This document shows positions 54,255 to 64,000 of a stretch of 64,000 bases of DNA, piece by piece; the stretch's first letter is position 1, and each line of letters begins with the position of its first letter. Both the position numbers and the translations under genes were made by a program. The DNA comes from an uncultured Verrucomicrobiae bacterium (lineage in GTDB: Bacteria > Verrucomicrobiota > Verrucomicrobiia > Chthoniobacterales > JAFAMB01), in contig CAVXLD010000005.1 in the NCBI GenBank assembly GCA_963762565.1, positions 352,001-416,000 of the forward strand. The letters are read 5' to 3'. The notes below the pieces were generated by a model. That model made no database searches. It was not told the origin of the DNA and worked only from the letters and a program-made list of their open reading frames with translations.

Positions 54255-56774
54255 ATGAATCCACCTCCAAACACATCCTTAGATTCTCAATGCCAGAACC
54301 CAGGCGTCGAGGACGATCGCACCGGTTTGAGTGTAGAAACGCTCAGACGAGCCCTGGCCGATAACCTTTTCTACGTACAGGGTAAATTCCGAGCGATCGC
54401 GACAAAAAATGATTTCTACATGGCCTTGGCCTATACTGTGCGCGATCGTTTGTTGCAGCGCTGGATAAATACCCTCGAAACCTACATCAAAGAAAAACAG
54501 CCTAAAATTGTCTGCTATTTGTCTGCGGAATTTCTATTGGGACCGCGCCTTGGTAATTCCCTGATCAATCTCGGTATCTACGATCAAGCGCGGCAAGCGG
54601 TTGAAGAACACGGGCTAGACCTGAAGGAATTGCTCGAGCAGGAAGCGGAACCAGGCCTAGGAAATGGCGGACTGGGACGGCTTGCCGCCTGCTACATGGA
54701 CTCGCTATCAACTCTGGAGATTCCCGCTATCGGATACGGTATCCGCTACGAATTCGGGATCTTTAGCCAGGTGATTCAGGATGGCTGGCAGGTGGAAATT
54801 GCGGACAAATGGTTGCGTTTGGGAGATCCCTGGGAGATTCCGCGTCCAGAGGCATCGGTCGAGGTAAACTTCAGTGGTTATACCGAAGCTTACACCGACG
54901 ATCAAGGCTGCTATCGGGTGCGCTGGATTCCTGCGCAGGTAGTTAACGGTGTTCCCTGCGATATGACTATCCTTGGCTATAGCGTAAATACCGCTAATAC
55001 GCTGCGTCTGTGGAAAGCGGAAGCACGCGAATCCTTCAGTTTTCAGGAGTTCAATGTGGGTGACTACTATGGCGCCGTCCACGACAAGGTGGTCACGGAG
55101 AACATCACAAAAGTTCTGTATCCGAACGATGAACCCGCTCAAGGCAAACAATTACGTCTGGAGCAACAATATTTCTTCGTGTCCTGTTCCTTGCAGGACA
55201 TGATCCGTATTCACCTGCGCAGGGGAAAGAACCTGACCGACTTCCACGAAACGTTTGCCGTGCAACTGAATGATACCCATCCATCGATTGGGGTTGCCGA
55301 ACTCATGCGGTTGCTGGTGGATGAGCATCAGATGAATTGGGATGTGGCTTGGGACATTACCGAGAAAACGTTTGCTTACACCAATCACACGCTACTGCCG
55401 GAGGCTTTGGAGAAGTGGCCGATCAGCTTGTTTGGTAGCCTCTTGCCCCGGCACCTCGAGATTATTTACGAGATCAATCGGCGTTTCCTGGATCAGGTGC
55501 GCCTTAAATTTCCCGACGACACAGCCCGCATCGCCCGAATGTCGCTGATTGATGAGAGCGGTGAAAGGTATGTCCGGATGGCTTATCTCGCCACGGTCGG
55601 TAGCCATAAAGTCAATGGAGTGGCCGAACTGCATTCCCAGCTTCTGAAGGAAACAACGTTGCGCGACTTCTTTGAGCTCTGGCCCGAGAAATTTCTCAAC
55701 ATCACTAACGGCGTTACTCCGCGCCGGTTCATGGTGGCGAACAATCCTCGACTCTCCAGCTTGGTGACCCGGACAATTGGTGATGGCTGGGTCAAACAAT
55801 TGGACGATCTCCGCGAACTGGAAGCGTTGGTGGAAGACCCAGGATTCCGTAGCGAGTTTCAAAAGGTTAAGCAGGAAAATAAGCAGGACCTAGCTGACTA
55901 CATTCGCGCGCAGACGGGGATAGCCGTGAATCCGGAATCGATCTTTGATGTGCAGGTGAAACGCTTGCATGAATATAAGCGACAGCATCTGAATGTGCTG
56001 CACATCATCACGTTGTACAATCGCCTAAAACACGATCTCAATACCGAGATCGTGCCCCGGACGTTTATTTTTGGCGGCAAAGCCGCTCCGGGCTACTTCA
56101 TGGCCAAGCTGATCATTAAGTTGATTAATTCAGTGGGAGAAGTCTTGAACAGCGATTCCGACGTAGGCGACCGCCTCAAGGTCGTGTTCTTGCCCAACTA
56201 CAACGTCAAACAAGCTCGATGGATCTATCCCGCCGGAGACTTGTCCGAACAAATCTCCACGGCTGGCTATGAGGCGTCCGGTACCAGCAATATGAAATTT
56301 GCCCTGAACGGGGCTTTAACGATTGGCACGTTGGACGGCGCTAACATTGAAATCCGCCAAGCAGTCGGCCAAGACAACTTTTTCCTGTTTGGATTAACCG
56401 CGGAAGAAGTTCGAGCGAAACGAGCTACCGGTTATCATCCGTGGGATTACTACGAGTCTAACCCGCACTTGCGGGAAGCGATTGACCAGATAAACTCCGG
56501 TCACTTTTCCCGTGGCGACACTAACTTGTTTAAGCCACTGGTAGATTCTGTGATGAAATACGATCCGTACCTGGTTTTCGCGGATTACCAGGCCTATGTA
56601 GATTGCCAAAAACAGGTCAGTCAGGCTTATAAGGATAGAGAGAACTGGACCCGGATGTCGATTCGCAATACTGCTTGCATGGGCAAATTTTCATCTGACC
56701 GCGCGATTCGGGAGTACTGTGAGAAGATCTGGAATGCCAAGCCAGTCAAGGTTGAACTCGAACAATATGTTTAG
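54255..56774 (+). CDS. glgP: Glycogen/starch phosphorylase
   Basis: [38 protein letters not shown] (PLP Lys), FSSDR. Confidence 0.95.
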   Translation: MNPPPNTSLDSQCQNPGVEDDRTGLSVETLRRALADNLFYVQGKFRAIATKNDFYMALAYTVRDRLLQRWINTLETYIKEKQPKIVCYLSAEFLLGPRLGNSLINLGIYDQARQAVEEHGLDLKELLEQEAEPGLGNGGLGRLAACYMDSLSTLEIPAIGYGIRYEFGIFSQVIQDGWQVEIADKWLRLGDPWEIPRPEASVEVNFSGYTEAYTDDQGCYRVRWIPAQVVNGVPCDMTILGYSVNTANTLRLWKAEARESFSFQEFNVGDYYGAVHDKVVTENITKVLYPNDEPAQGKQLRLEQQYFFVSCSLQDMIRIHLRRGKNLTDFHETFAVQLNDTHPSIGVAELMRLLVDEHQMNWDVAWDITEKTFAYTNHTLLPEALEKWPISLFGSLLPRHLEIIYEINRRFLDQVRLKFPDDTARIARMSLIDESGERYVRMAYLATVGSHKVNGVAELHSQLLKETTLRDFFELWPEKFLNITNGVTPRRFMVANNPRLSSLVTRTIGDGWVKQLDDLRELEALVEDPGFRSEFQKVKQENKQDLADYIRAQTGIAVNPESIFDVQVKRLHEYKRQHLNVLHIITLYNRLKHDLNTEIVPRTFIFGGKAAPGYFMAKLIIKLINSVGEVLNSDSDVGDRLKVVFLPNYNVKQARWIYPAGDLSEQISTAGYEASGTSNMKFALNGALTIGTLDGANIEIRQAVGQDNFFLFGLTAEEVRAKRATGYHPWDYYESNPHLREAIDQINSGHFSRGDTNLFKPLVDSVMKYDPYLVFADYQAYVDCQKQVSQAYKDRENWTRMSIRNTACMGKFSSDRAIREYCEKIWNAKPVKVELEQYV

Positions 56775-56825
56775 GGCGAGTGGAAAAGCGGCAACTTGAA
56801 ACGAGTTTTGAGTTAACAAGTCTGT

Positions 56826-57479
56826 TTGGGAGCGGTAATTCTGAGCTTAACACTATATTTTTTGCGCCATGGAGAGACGGCCTACAGTAAGACCGGCGCG
56901 TACTGTGGGGAAGTGGACGCCGAACTAACTTCTGAGGGCGCCCGAATGGCGAAAGCGTTTGCCGACGCCTACCGCCTAGTGCCATGGACCGCCGTTTATG
57001 TCAGCCCAATGAAACGCACCATCGCAAGCGCGCAACCTTTGTGTGACGCTCTCGGCTTGAAGATGGAACTCCGATCCGGACTCGAAGAAATCCACTACGG
57101 GAAGTGGGAAGATAAGAGTGTCGATTTTGTGAAACAACATCACTGGGACGATTATATCCATTGGCTAGCTGAACCTGCCTGGAATCCGCCCACTGGAGGT
57201 GAAACCTCCGTCGAAATTGCCAGTCGAGCATCGTTAGTGATAGCGGAGATTCAGAAGAAGTATGCCTCCGGTAATGTCTTGGTTGTTTCTCACAAAGCGA
57301 CGATCCGAATTATTCTCTGTGACCTGCTAGGCATCGACCTGGGGCGTTATCGCGATCGCATCGATATGTTGGCTGGCGCAGTGAGTACTGTTAAGTTTGA
57401 CCTACATGGTCCCTTACTACAGGAACTGGGTAATCGCGCCTATATGGGCGAAGACCTGCGTTCTCGGGCAGGAACGTAG
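56826..57479 (+). CDS. Histidine phosphatase (phosphoglycerate mutase-like) family protein
   Basis: LRHGET, SPMKR, E..YG.WE, VVSH. Confidence 0.88.
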   Translation: MGAVILSLTLYFLRHGETAYSKTGAYCGEVDAELTSEGARMAKAFADAYRLVPWTAVYVSPMKRTIASAQPLCDALGLKMELRSGLEEIHYGKWEDKSVDFVKQHHWDDYIHWLAEPAWNPPTGGETSVEIASRASLVIAEIQKKYASGNVLVVSHKATIRIILCDLLGIDLGRYRDRIDMLAGAVSTVKFDLHGPLLQELGNRAYMGEDLRSRAGT

Positions 57480-57530
57480 GGTGCCAATTTTGCCAGAGAT
57501 GCTGCCGTTCAGTCTTGTTGTGATGTCGCG

Positions 57531-58745
57531 ATGAAAATCTTGGTACTGAACGCGGGATCGAGCAGCCAAAAGAGCTGTCTCTATGAGTTCAATCCGGAAG
57601 CGCTCCCATCTCCGTCTCAGCCTCTTTGGGAAGCCGAGATTGATTGGACCCACCGCCGGGCTCTGGCGGAGCTGAAAGTAACAACTGCGCACGGAGCTTC
57701 GCTGGAGGAGAGTTTGAAGTCAGAATCCCGGTCTGACGCAACCGGCCACATGCTGAGGACTCTCTGGAGCGGGAAAACGCAGACGATCACGCAGCCTAAC
57801 GACATTGATATAGTCGGTCATCGAGTGGTGCATGGTGGGCGGGAGTATGGACAGAGTGCATTTATTACGCCTGAGGTGAAGGCGGCGATCGCCCGCCTGG
57901 CCGAGCTAGCTCCTGCTCATAATCCAGCGAATTTGGCGGGCATTGTTGCGATTGAGCAAATGTTAGGCGCTGTTCGGCAAGTAGCCGTCTTCGATACCGC
58001 CTTTCACGCGCAAATGCCAGAGATAGCGGCGATTTATCCGGGCCCCTACGAATGGTGGGAACAAGAGATTCGACGGTATGGTTTCCATGGCATTAGCCAT
58101 CAATATTGTGCGGCTCGTGCTGCCGAAATCCTTGATCGCGACCCGAAGGATTTGCGCCTAGTTACCTGCCATCTCGGCAACGGTTGTTCCTTGGCGGCCA
58201 TTCGCGGCGGCCGCAGTGTCGATACCACAATGGGGTTCACGCCACTGGAGGGGCTGATGATGGGCAGTCGCTCTGGCTCAATCGATCCCGGCCTGTTGCT
58301 CCATTTGTTGCGGCAGCCAGACTACAGCGTCGACAAGCTCGACCGCGTCCTAAATCAGGAATCAGGTTTAGAGGGCATCTCTGGCATATCGAGCGACCTG
58401 CGGGAAATTTTGGCAGCGATGGCCCAAGGCAATTCGCGCGCTCAACTCGCTTTTGATGCCTATGTACATAGCTTGCGGTCTCACATTGGTGCGATGCTGG
58501 CTACCCTCGGCGGGTTGGACGCACTGGCGTTTACGGCAGGAGTCGGCGAACACGCCGCGGCCGTGCGCGCTGCCGCCTGTGAGGCATTTGCGTTTCTAGG
58601 GCTGAAGCTAGACCCGGAGAAGAACGCTCAATCGCGATTGGACTGGGATATCGCGGCTCCTGACTCAACCGTGCGAGTGTTAGTGATTCATGCCCAAGAA
58701 GATTGGGAGATCGCGCGCGAATGCTGGAAACTCACTCGGCACTGA
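57531..58745 (+). CDS. ackA: Acetate kinase
   Basis: [43 protein letters not shown]. Confidence 0.95.
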   Translation: MKILVLNAGSSSQKSCLYEFNPEALPSPSQPLWEAEIDWTHRRALAELKVTTAHGASLEESLKSESRSDATGHMLRTLWSGKTQTITQPNDIDIVGHRVVHGGREYGQSAFITPEVKAAIARLAELAPAHNPANLAGIVAIEQMLGAVRQVAVFDTAFHAQMPEIAAIYPGPYEWWEQEIRRYGFHGISHQYCAARAAEILDRDPKDLRLVTCHLGNGCSLAAIRGGRSVDTTMGFTPLEGLMMGSRSGSIDPGLLLHLLRQPDYSVDKLDRVLNQESGLEGISGISSDLREILAAMAQGNSRAQLAFDAYVHSLRSHIGAMLATLGGLDALAFTAGVGEHAAAVRAAACEAFAFLGLKLDPEKNAQSRLDWDIAAPDSTVRVLVIHAQEDWEIARECWKLTRH

Positions 58746-58758
58746 AAGGAACCAACCC

Positions 58759-60438
58759 ATGGAAATCTCCGCACTGGCAGGCAAGCCTGCCCCGAGGAAT
58801 ATGCTAGTAGATCTTGCGCGACTCGAACGGGAATATTACGAGCACCGGCCCGACATTGCAGATCCCGACCAATTGGTCAGTTTCGGGACCAGCGGACACC
58901 GCGGCTCCTCGCTGCGCGGCACGTTCACCGAATCCCATATTCTCGCGATTACCCAAGCCATCTGCGACTGCCGGCGCAGCCGTGGGGTCGACGGGCCGCT
59001 CTATATGGGCAAGGATACGCACGCATTGTCCGGTCCTGCGCAGCGGACCGCGCTAGAAGTGCTCGCGGCCAATGAGGCGGAGACATTCATCCAGCGCGAC
59101 GACGGCGTGACTCCGACCCCGGTGATTTCGCATGCCATTCTTGGATACAACCGAGGGCGCAAGGAGCATTTCGCAGATGGCATTGTCATTACACCATCGC
59201 ATAACCCGCCTGAAGATGGCGGCTTCAAGTACAACCCTCCTAATGGCGGGCCGGCGGACACCGACGTGACGCGGTGGGTGCAGGATCGAGCAAACGACTT
59301 GCTCCGCGGGCGCAATGCCGGCGTGAAACGCGTGCCATTTGCCAAAGCGATCGCGGCGGCAAGCACGCACCAGGAAGACTTTGTCGTGCCCTACGTCAAG
59401 GATCTGCGGAACGTGGTGGACCTTGATGCCATCCGCACGGCCGGCCTCAAGCTGGGCGTAGACCCGCTCGGCGGCGCCGCCCTCTCTTATTGGGAACCGA
59501 TCAACTCCATTTACAAATTGGATATTAGCGTCGTCAACCCGAAGCTCGACGCAACGTTCTCATTTATGACCGTCGATCATGACGGCAAAATTCGTATGGA
59601 CTGCTCCAGCCCGTATGCGATGGCCCGGCTCGTGGGACTCAAGGATCAATTTCGAGTTGCTTTTGCTAATGATCCGGATTCGGACCGGCATGGGATCGTA
59701 ACCCCTTTCGCGGGATTGATGAATCCCAACCATTATTTGGCAGTGGCGATCCGCTACTTGCTTACCCATCGTCCGGGTTGGGCGGCCAGCGCCGCGGTGG
59801 GAAAAACGGTGGTTAGTAGCAGCCTGATTGACCGCGTCGTCCAGAAACTCGGCCGCCGGCTGTATGAGGTGCCGGTGGGATTCAAATGGTTTGCGCCTGG
59901 ACTGTTCGATGGCTCACTCTGCTTCGGGGGCGAGGAGAGCGCGGGAGCAAGTTTCCTCCGGCAGAAGGGCACTGTTTGGACGACCGATAAGGACGGACCG
60001 ATCATGGATCTGCTAGCAGCCGAGATCACCGCGCGCACCGGCAAAGATCCCGGTGAACACTTCGATGAGCTGGCGGCGGAATTTGGCATGCCTTACTACA
60101 CGCGCATCGATGCGCCGGCCACGCCGCAGCAGAAGAAAAGTCTCGGGCAGCTTTCGGCTGACGCCGTTAAGGAATCAACATTGGCCGGAGAGACGATTAC
60201 CGCCAAGCTGACCCGTGCTCCGGGTAACAACGCGCCTATCGGCGGCTTGAAGGTCGTTGCTGTTAATGGCTGGTTCGCGGCCCGTCCGTCCGGCACGGAG
60301 AACATCTACAAGATTTACGCAGAGAGTTTTAAGGATCTGACGCACCTGAAAACGATTTTGAATGAAGCCCAGGATATGGTGACCAACGCGCTGAAATCGA
60401 CGCTTCCAGGTCGCGAACCTGCAGAAGGAGAACAATGA
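58759..60438 (+). CDS. pgm: Phosphoglucomutase
   Basis: [38 protein letters not shown] 58759 preferred. Confidence 0.95.
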   Translation: MEISALAGKPAPRNMLVDLARLEREYYEHRPDIADPDQLVSFGTSGHRGSSLRGTFTESHILAITQAICDCRRSRGVDGPLYMGKDTHALSGPAQRTALEVLAANEAETFIQRDDGVTPTPVISHAILGYNRGRKEHFADGIVITPSHNPPEDGGFKYNPPNGGPADTDVTRWVQDRANDLLRGRNAGVKRVPFAKAIAAASTHQEDFVVPYVKDLRNVVDLDAIRTAGLKLGVDPLGGAALSYWEPINSIYKLDISVVNPKLDATFSFMTVDHDGKIRMDCSSPYAMARLVGLKDQFRVAFANDPDSDRHGIVTPFAGLMNPNHYLAVAIRYLLTHRPGWAASAAVGKTVVSSSLIDRVVQKLGRRLYEVPVGFKWFAPGLFDGSLCFGGEESAGASFLRQKGTVWTTDKDGPIMDLLAAEITARTGKDPGEHFDELAAEFGMPYYTRIDAPATPQQKKSLGQLSADAVKESTLAGETITAKLTRAPGNNAPIGGLKVVAVNGWFAARPSGTENIYKIYAESFKDLTHLKTILNEAQDMVTNALKSTLPGREPAEGEQ

Positions 60439-62003
60439 GCGATACTAGCCGCCCAACGCGTCTTATCCCGTTCGGACCCCAGTACCGCGCTTCCGGTATG
60501 CTGCTGCATCTAACGTCGTTGCCTTCGCCTTATGGTATTGGAGATATTGGGCCGGCCGCATTCGCGATGGTGGACCGCCTCCAAGCAGCGGGCCAGGGCT
60601 GGTGGCAGGCGCTCCCGCTCGGTCCTACGGGTTATGGTAATTCGCCCTACCAGTCTTTATCTTCTTTCGCGGGCAATGGACTGCTCATCAGCCCGGACTT
60701 CCTGATCGAAGAAGGACTCTTGCAAGCCAGCGATTGTGACGAGGGACGTTCGTTCCCAACAAACGCTGTCGATTACGACGTAGTCATCCCGTTCAAACAT
60801 AAGTTACTCGAGAAGGCCTGGACGACCTTTAGCGGCATGCCGCGCTCAGCGTTGCGCCTCGACTATGACCAGTTTTGCACTCAGCATGCACATTGGTTAG
60901 ACGACTACGCTTTGTTTCGAGCATTGAAAGCCAGACATGGCGGCGTCTGCTACCTCGATTGGCCGGAAGAATTAGTCCGGCGTGAGCCAACAACGTTGGC
61001 TCAAGCGCGGCGCGATCTGGCGGAACCGATCGACCAGTTTCGTTTCGCCCAGTTTCTTCTTTTCCGTCAGGGCAAACAGCTGAGGGAATATGCTCACTCC
61101 AAGGGGGTGCATCTCGTCGGTGATCTGCCCTTTTTCGTTTCGCCCGATTCGAGCGACGTTTGGGCAAACCCAGAACTGTTTCTGCTAGATGAACATCGCC
61201 GGCCGCGGTTCGTTGGTGGCGTTCCACCCGACTATTTCAGCGCACAAGGGCAACTGTGGGGCAACCCCGTCTATGATTGGGAGGCGCTTCAACGGATCGG
61301 TTATCGGTGGTGCATCGACCGCTTGCGAGCGTTGCTGACGCACGTTGATGTCGTGCGACTAGATCATTTTCGCGGGTTTGCGGCTGCGTGGCACGTACCG
61401 GCAGAGGCGAAAACCGCGCAGTCCGGACAGTGGGTGTCCGGTCCGGGTGCCGGCTTCTTCAGTGCGGTCCGGAAGGAGTTAGGGACTCTGCCGTTTATAG
61501 CCGAGGACTTGGGAGTAATCACACCCGACGTTTCCGGGTTACGCGAGCAGTTCCAGTTGCCCGGAACCAGGGTCCTTCAGTTCGCGTTCGACGGCCACTC
61601 GGACAACCCATACCTCCCTGAAAACTATATCCCGAATACGGTTGTTTACACGGGCACCCACGACAATAACACAACTCGTGGTTGGTTTGACGCACTGCCA
61701 GAGGACCAGCGGCGGAACCTGTGGAATTATCTGAAGAGCCCGATGGGTAAGAGCGAGGAGGTGGCTTGGGAACTAATCCGTCTGGCATCGTCTTCCGTCG
61801 CAGGGCTCGCCATCGTGCCATTACAGGATTTGCTCAATCTGGGAGCAGAAACTCGGATGAATCTGCCTGGAAGCACGGAAGGCAACTGGCGCTGGCGCTG
61901 CACCGACAAAATGTTGTCCGATTCGGTTTTCGACCGCTTGCGCGAGTTGACCATGACGTCGGAACGCTCTCCGGGAATAACGCCGACGAGGCCGCGAATT
62001 TAA
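60435..62003 (+). CDS. malQ: 4-alpha-glucanotransferase (amylomaltase)
   Basis: [46 protein letters not shown]. Confidence 0.95.
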   Translation: MSDTSRPTRLIPFGPQYRASGMLLHLTSLPSPYGIGDIGPAAFAMVDRLQAAGQGWWQALPLGPTGYGNSPYQSLSSFAGNGLLISPDFLIEEGLLQASDCDEGRSFPTNAVDYDVVIPFKHKLLEKAWTTFSGMPRSALRLDYDQFCTQHAHWLDDYALFRALKARHGGVCYLDWPEELVRREPTTLAQARRDLAEPIDQFRFAQFLLFRQGKQLREYAHSKGVHLVGDLPFFVSPDSSDVWANPELFLLDEHRRPRFVGGVPPDYFSAQGQLWGNPVYDWEALQRIGYRWCIDRLRALLTHVDVVRLDHFRGFAAAWHVPAEAKTAQSGQWVSGPGAGFFSAVRKELGTLPFIAEDLGVITPDVSGLREQFQLPGTRVLQFAFDGHSDNPYLPENYIPNTVVYTGTHDNNTTRGWFDALPEDQRRNLWNYLKSPMGKSEEVAWELIRLASSSVAGLAIVPLQDLLNLGAETRMNLPGSTEGNWRWRCTDKMLSDSVFDRLRELTMTSERSPGITPTRPRI

Positions 62004-62134
62004 TGTGCGAGTGCATTTTTTCCGCCCCGAAGGGGCGCATGATTCGGGGCGGGCGCTCCAAGACCAAGCGCCCTTACGAGGAGCGCCAGATGGAGTGGCT
62101 TTTATATGAACAAAGAAAAGAAAGCCGGAAATTT

Positions 62135-62170
62135 ATGCGCATAGGAATTGCCACCAATTACGGCAGATGA
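62135..62170 (+). pseudogene. Possible 11-codon vestige of an rpiB N-terminus (MRIGIATNYGR*)
   Basis: Resembles the RpiB start MRIGIAxDHGG; stop overlaps the glgX ATG. Confidence 0.4.
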
Positions 62171-64000
62171 ACACCGTAGTTTCGACCGGTAAAAGTTTTC
62201 CAATCGGTGCGACCGTGTATCCGAGCGGCGTGAATTTCAGCGTTTTCGCCCAAGGCAACACTGCTGTGGAGTTGCTGCTGTTTGACCAGGCCGATGACAG
62301 TTGCCCTTCGCGGACGATCATGCTGGATCCAGTTATTAACCGCAGCCGTCACTACTGGCATGTCTTTGTGTCGGGCGTCGAAGTTCGCCAGATTTACGGT
62401 TATCGTGTAGACGGGTCCTTCGCCCCCGAGCGCGGGTTGCGATTTGATCCCCAAAAGGTGTTGCTCGACCCGTATGGCAGCGCCATTGCGCGCCCGGCGA
62501 ACTATAGCCGTGTTGCTGCCTGCAGGCCCGGCGATAACTGTGCTACGTCCCTAAAGAGCGTCGTTGCGGACGTAAGCCGGTACGATTGGGAAGGCGATGA
62601 GCCCCTGCGGCGGCCATTCTCAAGCACAGTGATTTACGAAATGCACGTTGCCGGTTTCACTAAACATCCTAGTTCCGGCATCGATCCGGTGAAGCGAGGC
62701 ACCTATGCGGGGTTAATTGATAAGATCCCGTATCTTCAAGATCTCGGCGTAACGGCCGTAGAATTGCAGCCTGTTTTCCAGTTCGACGAGCAAGATGCTC
62801 CCGGAGGGTTAACTAACTATTGGGGTTACTCGCCCGTGTCGTTCTTCACCCCTCATTCCAAATACAGTTCGTGTCTTGATCCCCTAGCCATGCTCGATGA
62901 GTTCCGGGATATGGTTAAGGAGCTGCACCGGGCTGGAATCGAGGTTATTCTCGATGTGGTTTATAATCATACCGCAGAAGGCGACGAGAATGGGCCAACT
63001 CTCTGTTTTAAAGGGTTCGCCAACCAGGCCTACTACATCCTTGATCGAGACACGGGGCGCTACGCGAATTACACTGGCACCGGCAATACTCTGAACGCTA
63101 ACGAACCCTTTGTCCGGCGACTCATTCGTGACAGCCTGCATCATTGGGTAGAGGTCATGCATGTAGACGGTTTCCGCTTCGACCTGGCATCGATCCTCTC
63201 GCGAGACGAGTCGGGGCGTCCACTTGAGAATCCACCTATCCTCTGGGACATCGAATCGGATCCAGGGCTAGCCGACACCAAGCTTATTGCGGAAGCATGG
63301 GACGCCGCCGGCCTCTACCAGGTCGGCTCATTCATTGGCGATTCGTGGAAGGAATGGAACGGCCGGTTCCGAGACGATGTGCGCAGCTTTATGAAGGCGG
63401 ACAATGACACGGTCACACGGATCTCGTATCGACTGTTTGGCAGCCCGGACATCTACGGGCCGGCGCAACGTGAGCCCGAGCAAAGCGTTAACTTTATTAC
63501 CTGCCATGACGGCTTCACACTGAACGATCTCGTCTCGTACAACGTGAAGCACAACGAAGCGAACGGAGAGAACAATTGCGATGGTTCAGATGCCAACGTC
63601 AGTTGGAACTGCGGCTTCGAAGGTCCCAGCGACGATCCAGCTATCGAGGGATTGCGCAACCGCATGGTGAAGAATTTTCTAGCTCTCATACTGCTCTCTG
63701 TTGGCACGCCGATGCTGCTCATGGGGGACGAGGTTCGGCGTACCCAACGCGGAAATAACAATGCTTATTGTCAGGACAACGACATTACTTGGTATGACTG
63801 GTCGCTATTGGAAAAGCACGCGGACATTCACCGGTTTGTCAAAACGCTGATCGAAATCCGGCGCCGGCAGACGGAGAGTGTCTTGCCGAATTTGACTCTT
63901 AATCAGTTGCTGGCACGGGCTCGCATCCAGTGCCACGGCACTAGCCTAAATGAACCCGACTGGAGCAATCAATCTCACAGCCTGGCGTTAGCTGCGTCTT
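62167..64000 (+). CDS. glgX: Glycogen debranching enzyme/isoamylase (runs off the window end)
   Basis: Hand translation from ATG 62167: GKSFPIGAT...GVNFSVF, LLDPY, IYEMHV, NYWGY, DVVYNHT, DGFRFDLA, IAEAWD, HDGFTL, GNNNAYCQD. Confidence 0.93.
   Translation, partial: MNTVVSTGKSFPIGATVYPSGVNFSVFAQGNTAVELLLFDQADDSCPSRTIMLDPVINRSRHYWHVFVSGVEVRQIYGYRVDGSFAPERGLRFDPQKVLLDPYGSAIARPANYSRVAACRPGDNCATSLKSVVADVSRYDWEGDEPLRRPFSSTVIYEMHVAGFTKHPSSGIDPVKRGTYAGLIDKIPYLQDLGVTAVELQPVFQFDEQDAPGGLTNYWGYSPVSFFTPHSKYSSCLDPLAMLDEFRDMVKELHRAGIEVILDVVYNHTAEGDENGPTLCFKGFANQAYYILDRDTGRYANYTGTGNTLNANEPFVRRLIRDSLHHWVEVMHVDGFRFDLASILSRDESGRPLENPPILWDIESDPGLADTKLIAEAWDAAGLYQVGSFIGDSWKEWNGRFRDDVRSFMKADNDTVTRISYRLFGSPDIYGPAQREPEQSVNFITCHDGFTLNDLVSYNVKHNEANGENNCDGSDANVSWNCGFEGPSDDPAIEGLRNRMVKNFLALILLSVGTPMLLMGDEVRRTQRGNNNAYCQDNDITWYDWSLLEKHADIHRFVKTLIEIRRRQTESVLPNLTLNQLLARARIQCHGTSLNEPDWSNQSHSLALAAS

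Overview
Bacterial chromosomal window, probably from a soil Verrucomicrobiota (Spartobacteria/Chthoniobacterales-like) genome; the taxonomy is inferred from protein resemblance only. Bases 1 to ~46.9 kb hold housekeeping and transport genes: a polyol dehydrogenase, a serine-hydrolase-like repeat protein, an S53 peptidase, two ABC importers, wzm/wzt, tRNA-Glu, waaA, rsmD, AsmA, a lipid kinase, glnE, an AddB/AddA-type pair, a deoxyribose-type catabolic cluster, mdh, a patatin and tRNA-Lys. Most spacers in this part are colonised by small repeated DNA: (i) elements bounded by inverted arrays of 6-11-nt tandem repeats, one carrying a four-helix-bundle (IVS/Avd-like) gene between perfect 36-bp inverted repeats inside the addB-addA pair; (ii) several REP/REPIN families, including a split REP with a fixed-length (67-69 nt) but sequence-variable loop; (iii) 18-46-nt micro-palindromes found inside other repeats and in-frame in genes. 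Downstream of tRNA-Lys (~47-64 kb) these repeats almost vanish. An island-like block there encodes a DAC-domain protein, adhP and a glycogen-to-acetate cluster (xfp, glgP, histidine phosphatase, ackA, pgm, malQ, glgX, the last truncated by the window edge), preceded by four copies of a TGTTCAGT-N5-ACTGAACA-like palindrome. No CRISPR array, integrase, reverse transcriptase or transposase was seen. All calls are by eye; no database searches were run.
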